Positions 43,234 to 53,667 of a stretch of DNA of 64,000 nucleotides are shown here, one piece after another. Within the stretch, counting starts at the first letter, position 1, and every line of letters begins with the position of its first letter. The notes under the pieces are model-generated. The model saw nothing but the letters and a program-made list of their open reading frames with translations, was not told the origin of the DNA and ran no database searches. The position numbers and the translations under genes are program-made. This DNA is from a virus: IMG/VR virus record IMGVR_UViG_3300020039_000026; one strand, given 5' to 3'.

Positions 43234-44240
43234 TGCCTTTGGAGGTTTCCGATATTCTTGATGCCGTAGATATGGCTGAGTATATTTCTCAGTATACAGA
43301 TCTAAAAGAAGAAAACGGTGAGCTTTGGGGGCTTAGTCCCTTCAAGGATGAAAAGACGCCATCCTTTTCTGTTCGCCCTGAAACAGGATATTTTTATGAT
43401 TTCTCCGCAGGGTTCGGCGGGAATCTGCTTGATTTCATCATGCGGTATGACAATATTTCCCTTATCCCAGCGATCAATAAGCTGAAGGCATACGCCCATA
43501 TCACGGACGCTCCTGCCGGAGACATTGCTTCAGGGAGAATGACGGCTACCAAAATTGCCAAGAAATATAGGCAATCCGCAAAACCACAAACAAAATGTAC
43601 TGCAAAAATCCTTCCGCCTTCTTATATGAATCAGTTTGAGTTCAGAAAAGATAAGCTGATGCCGTGGTATGAAGAGGGAATCCCGTGGGAGGTCATGTGG
43701 GAATACGGCGTCCGTTACGACGCCCTTGACAACCGCATCGTCTATCCAATTAAGGATCTGCAGGGCAATATTTTCTGCGTTTCCGGCAGAACGTGTGATC
43801 CTGATTGGAAGCAAAAGAAAATACGGAAATATACATATACAAGTTCAATCGGCGCATTGCCAACCATCTATGGTTTTTCAGACCATCTTCAGTACATCCG
43901 AGAAAGCAAGGAGATCATCCTTTTTGAAGGATGCAAGAGTGTTCTTAAGATGGTCGGGTGGGGAAAGAAAAATGCTGGAGCACTGCTCACTTCCCATTTG
44001 TCTCCGGCGCAATTTGATTTTTTGGTAAAGCTCGCGTCTTTCGACGGGGTGCGGATCGTGTTCGCATTAGATTCAGACGTAGATCTTACCAAGGACGACA
44101 ACGTGAAGCGGCTTTGCTCCTATGCAAGAGTGGAGTGGGTCCGTAATATAGATGGCTTATTGAACGATAAGGACTCCCCTGTTGACAAAGGGAAAGAAGT
44201 TTTTGAGAAGTTGTATAAAGAAAGGAGGCGGCTTAACTGA
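43230..44240 (+). CDS. dnaG: DnaG-like DNA primase (zinc-less N-terminal domain plus TOPRIM)
   Basis: GLSPFKDEKTPSFSV...YFYDFSAGFGGNLLDF parallels the CPFHxEKTPSF...CFGCGxGG primase block without the Cys ligands. TOPRIM-like ILFEGCKSVLKMVGWG...ALDSDVD. Confidence 0.6.
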   Translation: MMPLEVSDILDAVDMAEYISQYTDLKEENGELWGLSPFKDEKTPSFSVRPETGYFYDFSAGFGGNLLDFIMRYDNISLIPAINKLKAYAHITDAPAGDIASGRMTATKIAKKYRQSAKPQTKCTAKILPPSYMNQFEFRKDKLMPWYEEGIPWEVMWEYGVRYDALDNRIVYPIKDLQGNIFCVSGRTCDPDWKQKKIRKYTYTSSIGALPTIYGFSDHLQYIRESKEIILFEGCKSVLKMVGWGKKNAGALLTSHLSPAQFDFLVKLASFDGVRIVFALDSDVDLTKDDNVKRLCSYARVEWVRNIDGLLNDKDSPVDKGKEVFEKLYKERRRLN

Positions 44241-44284
44241 GCGAAAGGAATTATGTTGCCATTCACGTTCACAGCGACTACAGC

Positions 44285-46424
44285 TTGCTGGACAGCTGTA
44301 CGGACTTTAAAGAATATGTCGATCTCGCCAAGAAATACGGCCAGAAAGCCATCGCCACAACCGAACACGGTATGCACAAGGGCTATATTGCCAAGAAGCT
44401 CTACTGCAATGAGGTCGGCATGAAGCTTCTCATTGGCGTAGAGGTTTACTTAACTGAGCAGCTTGAGCCAAAGGTCAGGGATAACTACCACACTATCCTG
44501 ATCGCTAAGAACGAAGAGGGCTTAAAGGAAATTCATCGGCTGATCCGCATGTCCACCCAGGACGATCACTTCTATTATAACAACCGGATCTCATTTGATG
44601 AGTTCCTGAATATTTCCGATAACATTATCAGCACCAGCGCCTGCCTCGCTTCCCCTTTAAATAAGCTTCCGGACGATCATCCGTATTATATGCGGCTGGC
44701 GAGAAAGTATAATTATTTAGAGGTTCAGCCCCACAACCACCCGGAACAAATCGCGTTCAATAAAAGGCTGCTTTTATTATCACAGAAAATCGGCACACCG
44801 CTGATCGTTGGCACAGACACGCATAGCTCCACGCCTTATATGGCAGAATGCCGCGCCGTACTGCTTGCCGCCAAAGGCAAAAAGTACCACGACGACGAAT
44901 TCGATCTTACATATAAAACCTACGATCAGCTTGTTGAAATGTTTCGTATCCAGGGCGCTCTTCCGGAAGAGGTTTACCTTGAGGCGCTTGAAAATACCAA
45001 CGTACTTTCAGACAGCGTCGAAGATATTCCTCTGGATACCTCCATTAAGTATCCTATTCTGTACGGCTCCCGCGAAGCGGATGACCAGAAGTTTGCCGAA
45101 ACAGTAGAAAGCAAGTTCCGTGAAAAATTGGAATCCGGCATCATTCCTCAAGAGCAGGAAGCAGCCTTCCGTTCGGCAATTGATGAAGAAATGCGCGTGT
45201 TCAGAAAGCTGAAAATGACGGGCTTCATGCTCTCCATGTCTGAGCTTATCAGCTGGTGCCGCAATAACAATATCGCTATCGGCACGGCTCGCGGTTCCGT
45301 CGGCGGTTCGCGCATCGCATATGTCACCGATATTATCGACCTGAACCCAGAGCAATGGCATACGGTCTTCTCGCGGTTTTGCAACGAGGACCGGGTTGAA
45401 ATCGGGGATATCGATATCGACTGCATTGAAACAGACCGCCCGCGCATCTTCGAGCATATCATTTCCAGATTCGGCGCGGATAAATGCGCCCGCGTGGCTT
45501 CTTACGGCACTATCCAGGATAAGAAGGTCGTCGATGAAGTTGGCCGCTATCTCGCGGATCAATGGAAAATAAAGCATCCTGATGGCGGCGACAATCCATA
45601 TTCCATCAAGCAGCTCATGAAGATCAAACAGGAGTTCGAGAGCAATCCAGAAAAAACAAAGGAAAAGTATCCGGAAATTTTCTACTATTTCGATGGCTTG
45701 ATGAATACGAAGATCAGCCAGAGCGTTCACCCTGCCGGTATGGTTATCAGTCCGATTGTGCTAAGTGAAAATTATGGCACTTTCATGAAAGACGGCGAAT
45801 GGTGCCTGATGCTTGATATGGAGGAGGTTCACGACGGCTGCGGGCTTGCCAAATACGATTTTTTGATTCTGAAAACGGTCCAGGTAATTCGCGATACATG
45901 CCGTCTGATTGGCGTGCCGTACCCAAGAACACACGAAATCAACTGGAACGATGAAGCGGTCTGGGCAGATATGCGAAAAAATCAAACGGCGATTTTCCAG
46001 TTTGAAAGTGTATTTGCAGCAGATTGCTTCAAAAAATTCAAAACAGACAGCATCGAAGATATGTCTCTGGTTACTGCCTGTATCCGCCCGTCCGGCTCCT
46101 CCTACCGTGATGAACTACTGGCAAGAAAGGTTCATAAGAATCCGTCCGCCATCATCGACGAGCTGTTAAAAGACAACCTGGGCTGGCTTGTATATCAAGA
46201 GGACACCATCAAGTTCCTCCAGCAGATTTGCGGGCTGTCAGGAAGCGAGGCCGATAATATCCGCCGTGCCATCGGCCGTAAGCAAAAGGATCGTCTGGAT
46301 AAGGCTATGCCATCCATTTTGGAAGGATATTGCAATAAGTCTGATAAGCCAAGAAAGGAGGCGGAGGCCGAAGCAAAAGAATTTTTGCAGGTTATCGAAG
46401 ACAGCGCCAGCTACCAGTTTGGGT
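44285..46424 (+). CDS. dnaE: DNA polymerase III alpha subunit, exon 1 (PHP domain and polymerase core). Ends ...SYQFG plus one nucleotide before the intron.
   Basis: PHP motifs IHVHSDYSLLDS and ATTEHGMHKGY, plus the DnaE palm/fingers region. The ORF stops at TAA 46424-46426, just inside the proposed intron. Confidence 0.75.
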
Positions 46425-47255
46425 AAATGATTTGCCCTTTGCAGCAGAGATGTTGTATTATAACGATGTGAACACATATCAAAGTGGTGTATCAGCAACG
46501 AAAGTAACTGCAGGAAATGGCAGTGTATGCTGATGCTAACAGGGAAACCTTCTCGTAATTTACGAAAGGCAATCCTGTGCCAAGCTGAGTTCTAAGAAAG
46601 GAGGATGTGTTTATGTGGAAGTCTATTAAAGGATATGAAGGTTACTATGAAGTTAGTGACGATGGCCGCGTTAGGAGTCTCGATAGAATAGTCAAAAACT
46701 TTGGTGATTACCAACGTCATCTCAAAGGGAAAGAGATGAAATTAACTATGGCGAACAACGGATATTATGTTGTCAATCTTCGCAAAAAAAGATCAGCTAA
46801 GGTTTTTACCGTTCATACTCTTGTGGCGCAAGCATTTATAGATAATCCAAATAATTACCCGACCGTAAACCACAAAGACGGGAATAAGCTAAACAACAGA
46901 GTCGATAATCTCGAATGGGTTTCTTACGGCGAAAACAATGTTCATGCTATTGTGCATAATCTTCGTAGACCACGAGGAGTATCAGTCTCGCAGTTCGATC
47001 TCTTCGGAAATATAATTGCCGTATTTCGTTCTGTCACAGAAGCCTCAAGGCAAACCGGTGTTTCGAGAGAAAGCATTTCTTTGTGTGTAAACCACTATAC
47101 ACATTCAGCCGGAGGATATATCTGGAAAAGGGACTCAGAAGGTCAAACGACTATCTCGAAAGAGAGTACACCGGAGACTGATGCCGGTGGAAGCGCATCG
47201 CATCCGTAATGGATGAAGATATAGTCTATACCATCAGAAATGATGGAATAATATG
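46425..47255 (+). other. Group I intron candidate interrupting dnaE, carrying an HNH homing endonuclease ORF
   Basis: Exon 1 ends in U (46424) and the intron ends in G (47255). Joining 46424 to 47256 gives a seamless frame ...SYQFG-Y-NHSIAYCLLGYL... that aligns with E. coli DnaE [19 protein letters not shown]. Candidate internal guide GCCC (46435) pairs with exon GGGU, giving a U-G wobble at the splice site. Confidence 0.55.
46607..47209 (+). CDS. HNH homing endonuclease (NUMOD4 plus HNH plus C-terminal DNA-binding module), intron-encoded
   Basis: GYEGYYEVSDDGRVRSL (NUMOD4), VNHKDGNKLNNRVDNLEW (HNH), ASRQTGVSRESISLCVNH (IENR/NUMOD1-like). Confidence 0.7.
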   Translation: MFMWKSIKGYEGYYEVSDDGRVRSLDRIVKNFGDYQRHLKGKEMKLTMANNGYYVVNLRKKRSAKVFTVHTLVAQAFIDNPNNYPTVNHKDGNKLNNRVDNLEWVSYGENNVHAIVHNLRRPRGVSVSQFDLFGNIIAVFRSVTEASRQTGVSRESISLCVNHYTHSAGGYIWKRDSEGQTTISKESTPETDAGGSASHP

Positions 47256-48235
47256 ATAATCATTCAATCGCTTACTGCCTGCTTGGTTATCTGTGCGGAT
47301 ATTACAGGCACTATTACCCAGGCGAGTTTATCACAGCCTTTTTGAATAACGCCGCCAACGACGACGACATCAGCAACGGCACATTACTTGCCAGGGTCTA
47401 TGGTATCAAGGTCACGCCGCCAAAATTCGGCGCATCGCAGAGCGAATATTCCTATAACCCAGAAACTAAAGAAATCGCAAAAGGTCTTTCGTCCATTAAG
47501 TTCATCGGGGAAAAGCTTGCAATCTCTCTGTATGAAATGTCCAGGCAACATGAGTATACATATTTTTCAGATGTGCTTGCCGACGCCCATACATACTGCG
47601 GAATCGACGCCAGACAATTGGATATTCTTATCCGAATCGACTTTTTCAGCAAGTTCGGCAACCAAAGGGAACTGAAACGCATTGTCGATCTATATGATAT
47701 GTTTTCTGGTGCAAGCCAAATTAAAAAAAAGAAAATCGAAGGATCCTATTTTGAAGAAATCGTCGCCAAGTACGCGAACGGCCTTACAAAAACAGGAAAG
47801 GAAGCGGCCTCCTGGACGATAATCGATAACGCAGCTATCATCCATGACTGTGAAAAAAAGATATTAAGTCTTGATCTTCCTGATATGAACATCGTTTCCA
47901 AGGTAAGGAGTTTCGCTGAAGCTATGGGATACGCGGGGTACATTTCCGGCAGCGACGAGGACAGAGCAAAGCTGTATATCAGAAAGGTTTTCCCCGTAAA
48001 AAGGAAAAAGGACGGGAAGCAATTCGGCTACAGCATCCTCACGCAGTCGATTGGATCTGGGAAGGAAAGCAGATTTACGATTTTCAATCCAGTTTTTGAC
48101 GCCGACCCTATTAAAGAAGGCGATGTAATTCTTTGTAAAGGATGGCGTCGCGACAACGGTGGTTACTTTACTATGACTGCCTACAAAATTTTGCGCGGTG
48201 ATGACATGGACGAAATTGAGGAGGAAACAGCGTGA
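47256..48235 (+). CDS. dnaE: DNA polymerase III alpha subunit, exon 2 (C-terminal region). ORF track shows it as 47342-48235.
   Basis: The frame is open from 47252. IAYCLLGYLCGYYRHYYPGEFITAFLNNAANDDD aligns with DnaE [37 protein letters not shown]. No independent RBS and ATG at the junction. Confidence 0.65.
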
Positions 48236-48927
48236 TCTACGTTACTGGCGATACGCACAGAGACTTTTCGCGTATCAGCGCGTTCTGCATGGAACACGGC
48301 ACAAATCAAAACGACGATGTTATGATCGTCCTTGGAGACGCTGGCATCAATTACTTTGGAGACCAACGGGATGATGAGTTCAAGCGGTACCTGAAAAAGA
48401 TCCCCATCACGTTTTTCTGCATCCATGGCAACCACGAGATGCGTCCATGGCACTTTCAAGAAATGATTATAGACGACTGGCACGGAGACTTGGCTTATCA
48501 TCAATATCAGTACCCCAATATTTTCTACGCAAGAGATGCCAGCGTTTACAATTTCGCCGGGTATCACTGTCTCGCCGTCGGCGGGGCGTACAGCGTAGAT
48601 AAGTATTATCGCCTGCGGCGCGGGTGGCGATGGTTTTCTGACGAACAGCCTACAGATCAAATCAAAAAGCAGGTCGATCAATCCATCGCGAAGCATCCAG
48701 AAATATCAGTCGTCCTTTCCCATACCTGCCCTTATCGGTATATCCCAAGAGAAGCGTTCTTGTCAAGTATCGACCAATCAACGGTAGATGACAGCACGGA
48801 GCGTTATCTTGATACCGTCGAAGAACGTGTGAATTACCAAAAATGGTACTGCGGCCATTGGCATATCAACAAATCCATCGATAAATTGCATTTCCTATTT
48901 GACGACATCAGGGAAATCGGAGGGTGA
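48232..48927 (+). CDS. Calcineurin-like metallophosphoesterase
   Basis: Motifs YVTGDTHRD, VLGDAG, FCIHGNHEM. 231 aa. Confidence 0.65.
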   Translation: MIYVTGDTHRDFSRISAFCMEHGTNQNDDVMIVLGDAGINYFGDQRDDEFKRYLKKIPITFFCIHGNHEMRPWHFQEMIIDDWHGDLAYHQYQYPNIFYARDASVYNFAGYHCLAVGGAYSVDKYYRLRRGWRWFSDEQPTDQIKKQVDQSIAKHPEISVVLSHTCPYRYIPREAFLSSIDQSTVDDSTERYLDTVEERVNYQKWYCGHWHINKSIDKLHFLFDDIREIGG

Positions 48928-49166
48928 TACATATGGCAAAACTGTGTAATAGGTGCGGAAAAGAATTTGACGTGTGGGACGACCAGGAGGATTTCGGCAT
49001 CGACCATTACTTTGGTTACGGCTCTAAGCATGATATGGAACATATCAACGCGCATTTCTGCTGTAAGTGCTTTGATGATATCCTGGATCAAATTATTCCT
49101 CAGTTGAATATTCCTATGGATGTTGAGGAGTATACGTTCATAAATGACGTGGTCCCGGAAGAATAA
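48924..49166 (+). CDS. Hypothetical Cys/His-containing small protein
   Basis: 80-aa ORF (CNRCGKEFD...HFCCKCFDD). Confidence 0.4.
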   Translation: MIHMAKLCNRCGKEFDVWDDQEDFGIDHYFGYGSKHDMEHINAHFCCKCFDDILDQIIPQLNIPMDVEEYTFINDVVPEE

Positions 49167-49186
49167 TACATAATAATGAAAGAGGT

Positions 49187-49462
49187 GTGCGCATGGCAAG
49201 GAAAAAGGCTCCTAAGCACAATGATGAGTTGTTTAGGAAAACATTTGAAGAGGGATTTCGCAAACAGTTCCAAAACGGGCTGCTCCAAGGCTCCCGCGCA
49301 ATTTGCAAGGTTGTTTTCGATAAAGCGTCCGATGAGAAGAAAACCATCCAGGAGCGGATCGACGACATTAAGAAGTTCTGTGGAATCCTCACCGGCCTCC
49401 CCATTAAGGAGGAAGAAGCTACGAATGAAGCAGGCGAAACAGAAGACAACCAGTCTGAATGA
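49187..49462 (+). CDS. Hypothetical protein
   Basis: 91-aa ORF with AAAGAGGTGTG RBS. Confidence 0.4.
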   Translation: MRMARKKAPKHNDELFRKTFEEGFRKQFQNGLLQGSRAICKVVFDKASDEKKTIQERIDDIKKFCGILTGLPIKEEEATNEAGETEDNQSE

Positions 49463-49604
49463 TATTCTTGTAGCGATTCGGAAAAAGTGCCTTGACTGCT
49501 GCGGCAATCAAAGCAAGTACGTCAAAGCCTGCCGTTCAAAGGATTGCCCGCTTTATCCGTTTCGCTGCGTCGAAGAGTTAGAAAAGCTTGCAATCAAAGC
49601 ATAA
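49444..49604 (+). CDS. Small Cys-rich protein (53 aa)
   Basis: ATG at 49444. CLDCCGNQSKYVKACRSKDCPLYPFRC suggests a zinc-ribbon. Confidence 0.3.
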
Positions 49605-49610
49605 CGCGGT

Positions 49611-50351
49611 TTGCCGCGTTTTTTGATTGCGGAAAGGTGTGAGGTACATGAAGAAATTATGAAATTTGAAAACACGGAAGTCATGAATTTTCGTGCCGCA
49701 TTACGCGGCATGAGAAACCCAAAAAACAGTTGGGCAAAATCCGATAGTTTTGATTTGCCAATCGATGATCCGGATTTCGCAAAGCTCGGCGAATATTATA
49801 TTGGGCCGAACGATATGAAGCTGGCACAGACGCTTATCCGTTCCGGCAGCGAACATCGCAAGTTTCTTCGTCAAATCTTTGTGTCTGTTGATATTACAGC
49901 GCCACTGTATTGGTGGAAGGAATTTGATACATACAAGGTCGGCACAGTAGCAAATTCGTGCTCAACCATGCACAAGATCCATTCTGCCCCCATCACTATG
50001 GATAGCTTTGAGCTCGGAGATTATCACCCGGACGTTAAGCTGATTGACGGAAGAACGTTAGGGGATGTCATGAACGCCATCGCAGACACCATGGAGGTCG
50101 TCAGGCAAACATACCTGAAAACGAAGGATAAGTCATGCTGGAAAGAGCTGATCCGCTGGCTGCCAGAAGGCTGGCTCCAGAAGCGCACCGTGACGATGAA
50201 TTATGAAAATCTTCTTGGCATCTGCTCAAAATCACAGCGGAGGTTCCATAAGCTGGACGAATGGAGCCAAGACTTTATTGCGTGGGCTCGCTCTCTCCCT
50301 TACGCACAAGAATTTATTTTTATTGACGAATTGGAGGGAGAAGATGAGTAA
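49611..50351 (+). CDS. ThyX (Thy1)-fold protein lacking the canonical RHR...S..RY dUMP-binding motif
   Basis: Alignable by eye to T. maritima ThyX in two blocks ([25 protein letters not shown] vs [47 protein letters not shown] vs [22 protein letters not shown]). Where ThyX has RHRIASYNELSGRY this protein has [16 protein letters not shown]. Confidence 0.5.
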   Translation: [246 protein letters not shown]

Positions 50352-50559
50352 CGCGGTAGACCTTCCTTCCCACTATAACCGTGGGAAAATTGAAGTGATC
50401 GATTTTATCGAAGATCAGAATCTGAACTTTAACCTGGGCAGTTCCATTAAATATATCTGCCGGGCTGGATTCAAGGATGACATGATTCAAGATTTGCGGA
50501 AAGCCGCCTGGTATATCAACAGGGAAATCGAAAGGCTTTCCAAAGGAGGAGAAGAATGA
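50347..50559 (+). CDS. Small hypothetical protein
   Basis: ATG at 50347 (MSNAVDLPSHYNRGKIEVIDFI), 70 aa. Overlaps the previous stop. Confidence 0.35.
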   Translation, partial: SNAVDLPSHYNRGKIEVIDFIEDQNLNFNLGSSIKYICRAGFKDDMIQDLRKAAWYINREIERLSKGGEE

Positions 50560-50768
50560 TCGTTCTTTACACTATCGGATGCCCCAAATGCAACGTGCTC
50601 AAAAACAAGCTCGACAGTAAGGGCATCCATTATATCACCTGTACAAGCATTGATGAAATGAAGCGGCTTGGTATTGACGACAAGCCCTTTCCAATGCTCC
50701 GCGTAGGAGAAAACATTCTGAACTTCCATGATGCGAACGAATGGGTAAATCAATGGAAGGAAGAGTGA
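50556..50768 (+). CDS. Glutaredoxin/NrdH-like redoxin
   Basis: CPKC active-site motif near the N-terminus (VLYTIGCPKCNVLK). 70 aa. Immediately upstream of nrdD. Confidence 0.55.
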   Translation: MIVLYTIGCPKCNVLKNKLDSKGIHYITCTSIDEMKRLGIDDKPFPMLRVGENILNFHDANEWVNQWKEE

Positions 50769-50772
50769 CAAT

Positions 50773-52737
50773 ATGAATATCCCAATCAAAACCGATAAAG
50801 ACTTTGAAAAGCACATGCACCTACTCAGCGAAAAGTATGGCGAGGATTTTGATATGCTGAACGGCTTCCACGAATCACAGCTTAACTTTTCCGATTTTAT
50901 CGATGGGTTCGTCGATAAAAATGTGGCGGATGTTACCATTGACGCTAACGCGAACGCGAGCAATAAGGACATCCGGAGCATGATAAATGAAAAGGGAAAG
51001 CCATTGGATAAGCTGTTCGCTTTCAGCAAAATTTTCTATGAAACCAAGAAAATGTACAATCTTCGCACGGCTAAGGAATGGCTGGAGCAGGAGTACAGCG
51101 GCGGTTTTTACCTCCATGACGCCCCCTCATCTACATATATTCCGTACTGCTACGCATACGACCTGACACGCCTCGCAATGGAAGGCTTGTTCTTTCTCAA
51201 AAACTATAATAATAAAGCGCCAAATCACCTTACCACCTTCCTGGATGATGTAATTGAATACATCAGCTACATGAGCAACCGATCCAGCGGTGCCGTCGGC
51301 ATTCCCAACGTCCTGATCTGGACGTATTATTTCTGGAAAAAGGACTGTGAGAACGGCTATTATATCAAGAATCCAGACTACTATATCCGTCAATCCTTCC
51401 AGAAGCTCATCTACCGCCTGAACCAGCCGTTTATGCGCATTGATCAAACAGCCTTTGTAAATGTTTCTATTTTCGATCGAAACTACATTGAATCTTTGTT
51501 CGGCGGCGTCCAATATCCGGATGGTTCTTATGTTATCGATAACATTGAGGAGCTCATCCGCCACCAGAAAATCTTTATGGAAGTCGTATCGGATATTCGC
51601 AGCGAAAATATGTTTACATTCCCCGTATTAACATACTCTTTACTCAAACGCGGCGATATTACATACGACGAGGCGCAGGAAATGATGCGCACCCATAATT
51701 ACCATGTATTTGTTGACGAAGAATTTGCCCGCTGGTGTTCCGACCACAACTGCCTGTGGAATGACAGCAACTTCTTTATGAGCGACGATGTCACGACGCT
51801 CAGCAATTGCTGCCGTCTGCTATCCGACACGACGAAGCTCAGCGGGTTTATCAATTCTATCGGCGGCACGGCACTATCTATTGGCTCCGTAAAGGTCAAT
51901 ACGATCAATCTCATGCGTATTGCCCTCGAAACGGAATGCAAGGAAGAAGATTATCTGAGGCTCCTTCGCAGGCGGGCAATCCTTTGCTGCAGAACGCTGG
52001 ATGTCGTGCGGCATATTATTAAGCGAAACGTTGAGAAGGGTTTGCTGCCAAACTACCAGGACGGCGCGGTGGAAATGGACAAGCAGTATTGCACCATTGG
52101 TATCCTCGGTCTGTTTGAAGTGATCGAGGCTTTCGGCTACACCAGACAGGATGAGTTTGGCAATATCTACTACACGGACGATGGCATCCGTTTTGCCAGC
52201 AAAATTTTCGAGGTTCTCAATGATGTGAAGGATAATTTCACCAAGGAATATTCTTTCAATATTGAGTCAGTCCCCGCAGAGCGTGCCGCCGTTATTCTTT
52301 GCCAAAAAGATAATAAGCTGTACGATCTGAACGAGAAGTTTATCTATTCCAACCAGTGGATCCCGCTGTCCGCAAAATGCACCATTCAGGAAAAGCTGAG
52401 GCTCAGTGCCATCCTGGACGCCAAGTGCTCAGGAGGTTCTATTGCCCATATCAATCTGGAATCCAATTTCCCTAATACGGACACCGCCTGGGAAATGCTG
52501 AACCAGATCGCCCTCCAGGATGTGATTTACTTCGCGTTCAATACACGCATCAATGAGTGTAAAAATCACCACGGTTTTGTAGGTCAGGATCATTGCCCTG
52601 TCTGCGGAGAACCGGTAAGCGATACATATCAGCGAATCGTAGGCTATTTGGTTCCCACAAGAAGTTATTCAAAGGACCGTTTCCGGGAATTCAATACCCG
52701 CAAATGGTATGAATACGCGGAGATGATGCGCGAGTGA
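50773..52737 (+). CDS. nrdD: Anaerobic ribonucleoside-triphosphate reductase (class III)
   Basis: 654 aa with C-terminal glycyl-radical motif RIVGYLVP and Zn-ribbon Cys (CPVCGE). Confidence 0.85.
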   Translation: MNIPIKTDKDFEKHMHLLSEKYGEDFDMLNGFHESQLNFSDFIDGFVDKNVADVTIDANANASNKDIRSMINEKGKPLDKLFAFSKIFYETKKMYNLRTAKEWLEQEYSGGFYLHDAPSSTYIPYCYAYDLTRLAMEGLFFLKNYNNKAPNHLTTFLDDVIEYISYMSNRSSGAVGIPNVLIWTYYFWKKDCENGYYIKNPDYYIRQSFQKLIYRLNQPFMRIDQTAFVNVSIFDRNYIESLFGGVQYPDGSYVIDNIEELIRHQKIFMEVVSDIRSENMFTFPVLTYSLLKRGDITYDEAQEMMRTHNYHVFVDEEFARWCSDHNCLWNDSNFFMSDDVTTLSNCCRLLSDTTKLSGFINSIGGTALSIGSVKVNTINLMRIALETECKEEDYLRLLRRRAILCCRTLDVVRHIIKRNVEKGLLPNYQDGAVEMDKQYCTIGILGLFEVIEAFGYTRQDEFGNIYYTDDGIRFASKIFEVLNDVKDNFTKEYSFNIESVPAERAAVILCQKDNKLYDLNEKFIYSNQWIPLSAKCTIQEKLRLSAILDAKCSGGSIAHINLESNFPNTDTAWEMLNQIALQDVIYFAFNTRINECKNHHGFVGQDHCPVCGEPVSDTYQRIVGYLVPTRSYSKDRFREFNTRKWYEYAEMMRE

Positions 52738-53216
52738 GAGTCAAAGCAATCGTCGATGAAGATTTTGTCAACTACAAGAAAGCGTCCATGTTCATCGGCA
52801 CTTGCTTTTGTGATTGGAAATGCTGTACGGAAAGCGGGTTCGGCAAAGAAATTTGTCAGAACTCGCCAACCGCACAGCAACCGAATATAGAGATAACAAA
52901 TGAACAAATCTATAATCGGTATATTTCAAACCCAATTACAAGCGCAATCGTCGTCGGTGGCCTCGAACCATTCCTGCAGTTTTCAGAACTGCTTAGCTTA
53001 GTTATTTATTTCAGATCACACGGATGCCAGGATGATTTTGTTATCTACACTGGATATAGGTTTGAGGAAATAACGACATTCGTTTTGTATCTCGCAAAAC
53101 AAAAGAATATCATCATTAAGTACGGGCGTTACGTTCCTGGCGATACGCCACATTTCGACGATGTCCTCGGGGTAAACTTGGCAAACAAAGAACAATATGC
53201 GAGGAAAATTTCATGA
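52734..53216 (+). CDS. nrdG: Anaerobic RNR activating protein (radical SAM)
   Basis: Overlaps the nrdD stop. Cys cluster GTCFCDWKCC (non-standard spacing). SAM-binding GGEP-like AIVVGGLEPF. Confidence 0.65.
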   Translation: MRVKAIVDEDFVNYKKASMFIGTCFCDWKCCTESGFGKEICQNSPTAQQPNIEITNEQIYNRYISNPITSAIVVGGLEPFLQFSELLSLVIYFRSHGCQDDFVIYTGYRFEEITTFVLYLAKQKNIIIKYGRYVPGDTPHFDDVLGVNLANKEQYARKIS

Positions 53217-53467
53217 ACGAAGAAAAACATGGCGGGATCCCCGGTACATACAAAGGCCGGGAAATCCGCGTCACCTTTTCGGATGATAAAGAGTTCAACG
53301 ACATTATCCGCAGCTCTCTCAAAAAAAACGACGGCTACTGTCCATGCAGAGCCGTCAAAACAAAAGACACAAAATGTATGTGTAAAGCTTTCCGCGATCA
53401 AATCGAAGCCGGTATTCCGGGCCCGTGTCATTGCGGACTCTATGTAATAACAATCACGGAGGATTAA
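53213..53467 (+). CDS. Hypothetical Cys-rich small protein
   Basis: 84-aa ORF (CPCRAVKTKDTKCMCKAF...CHCG). Confidence 0.35.
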   Translation: MNEEKHGGIPGTYKGREIRVTFSDDKEFNDIIRSSLKKNDGYCPCRAVKTKDTKCMCKAFRDQIEAGIPGPCHCGLYVITITED

Positions 53468-53667
53468 TTTATGTCGCATTCATACGATGTTCGATATGAA
53501 AAAGATAACTACGGAGAAAAACCAAATTACACCATCAGCGTAGAAACATCGAATTTCAGCTGCTATTCGGAATTGAAGGATCTCGTAACGACCACTGTCG
53601 CCCAGTATGAGCTTAAAGAGTCCGCAGCGGAAGATAATAAGTCTGAATAAAATCAGGGTTTTAAGAG

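Noticed and set aside
50773-52737. Possible intron or intein in nrdD (common in phage class III RNR genes)
   Set aside because: The 654-aa reading frame is continuous from the N-terminus through the glycyl-radical motif RIVGYLVP with no interruption or extra domain of intein size.
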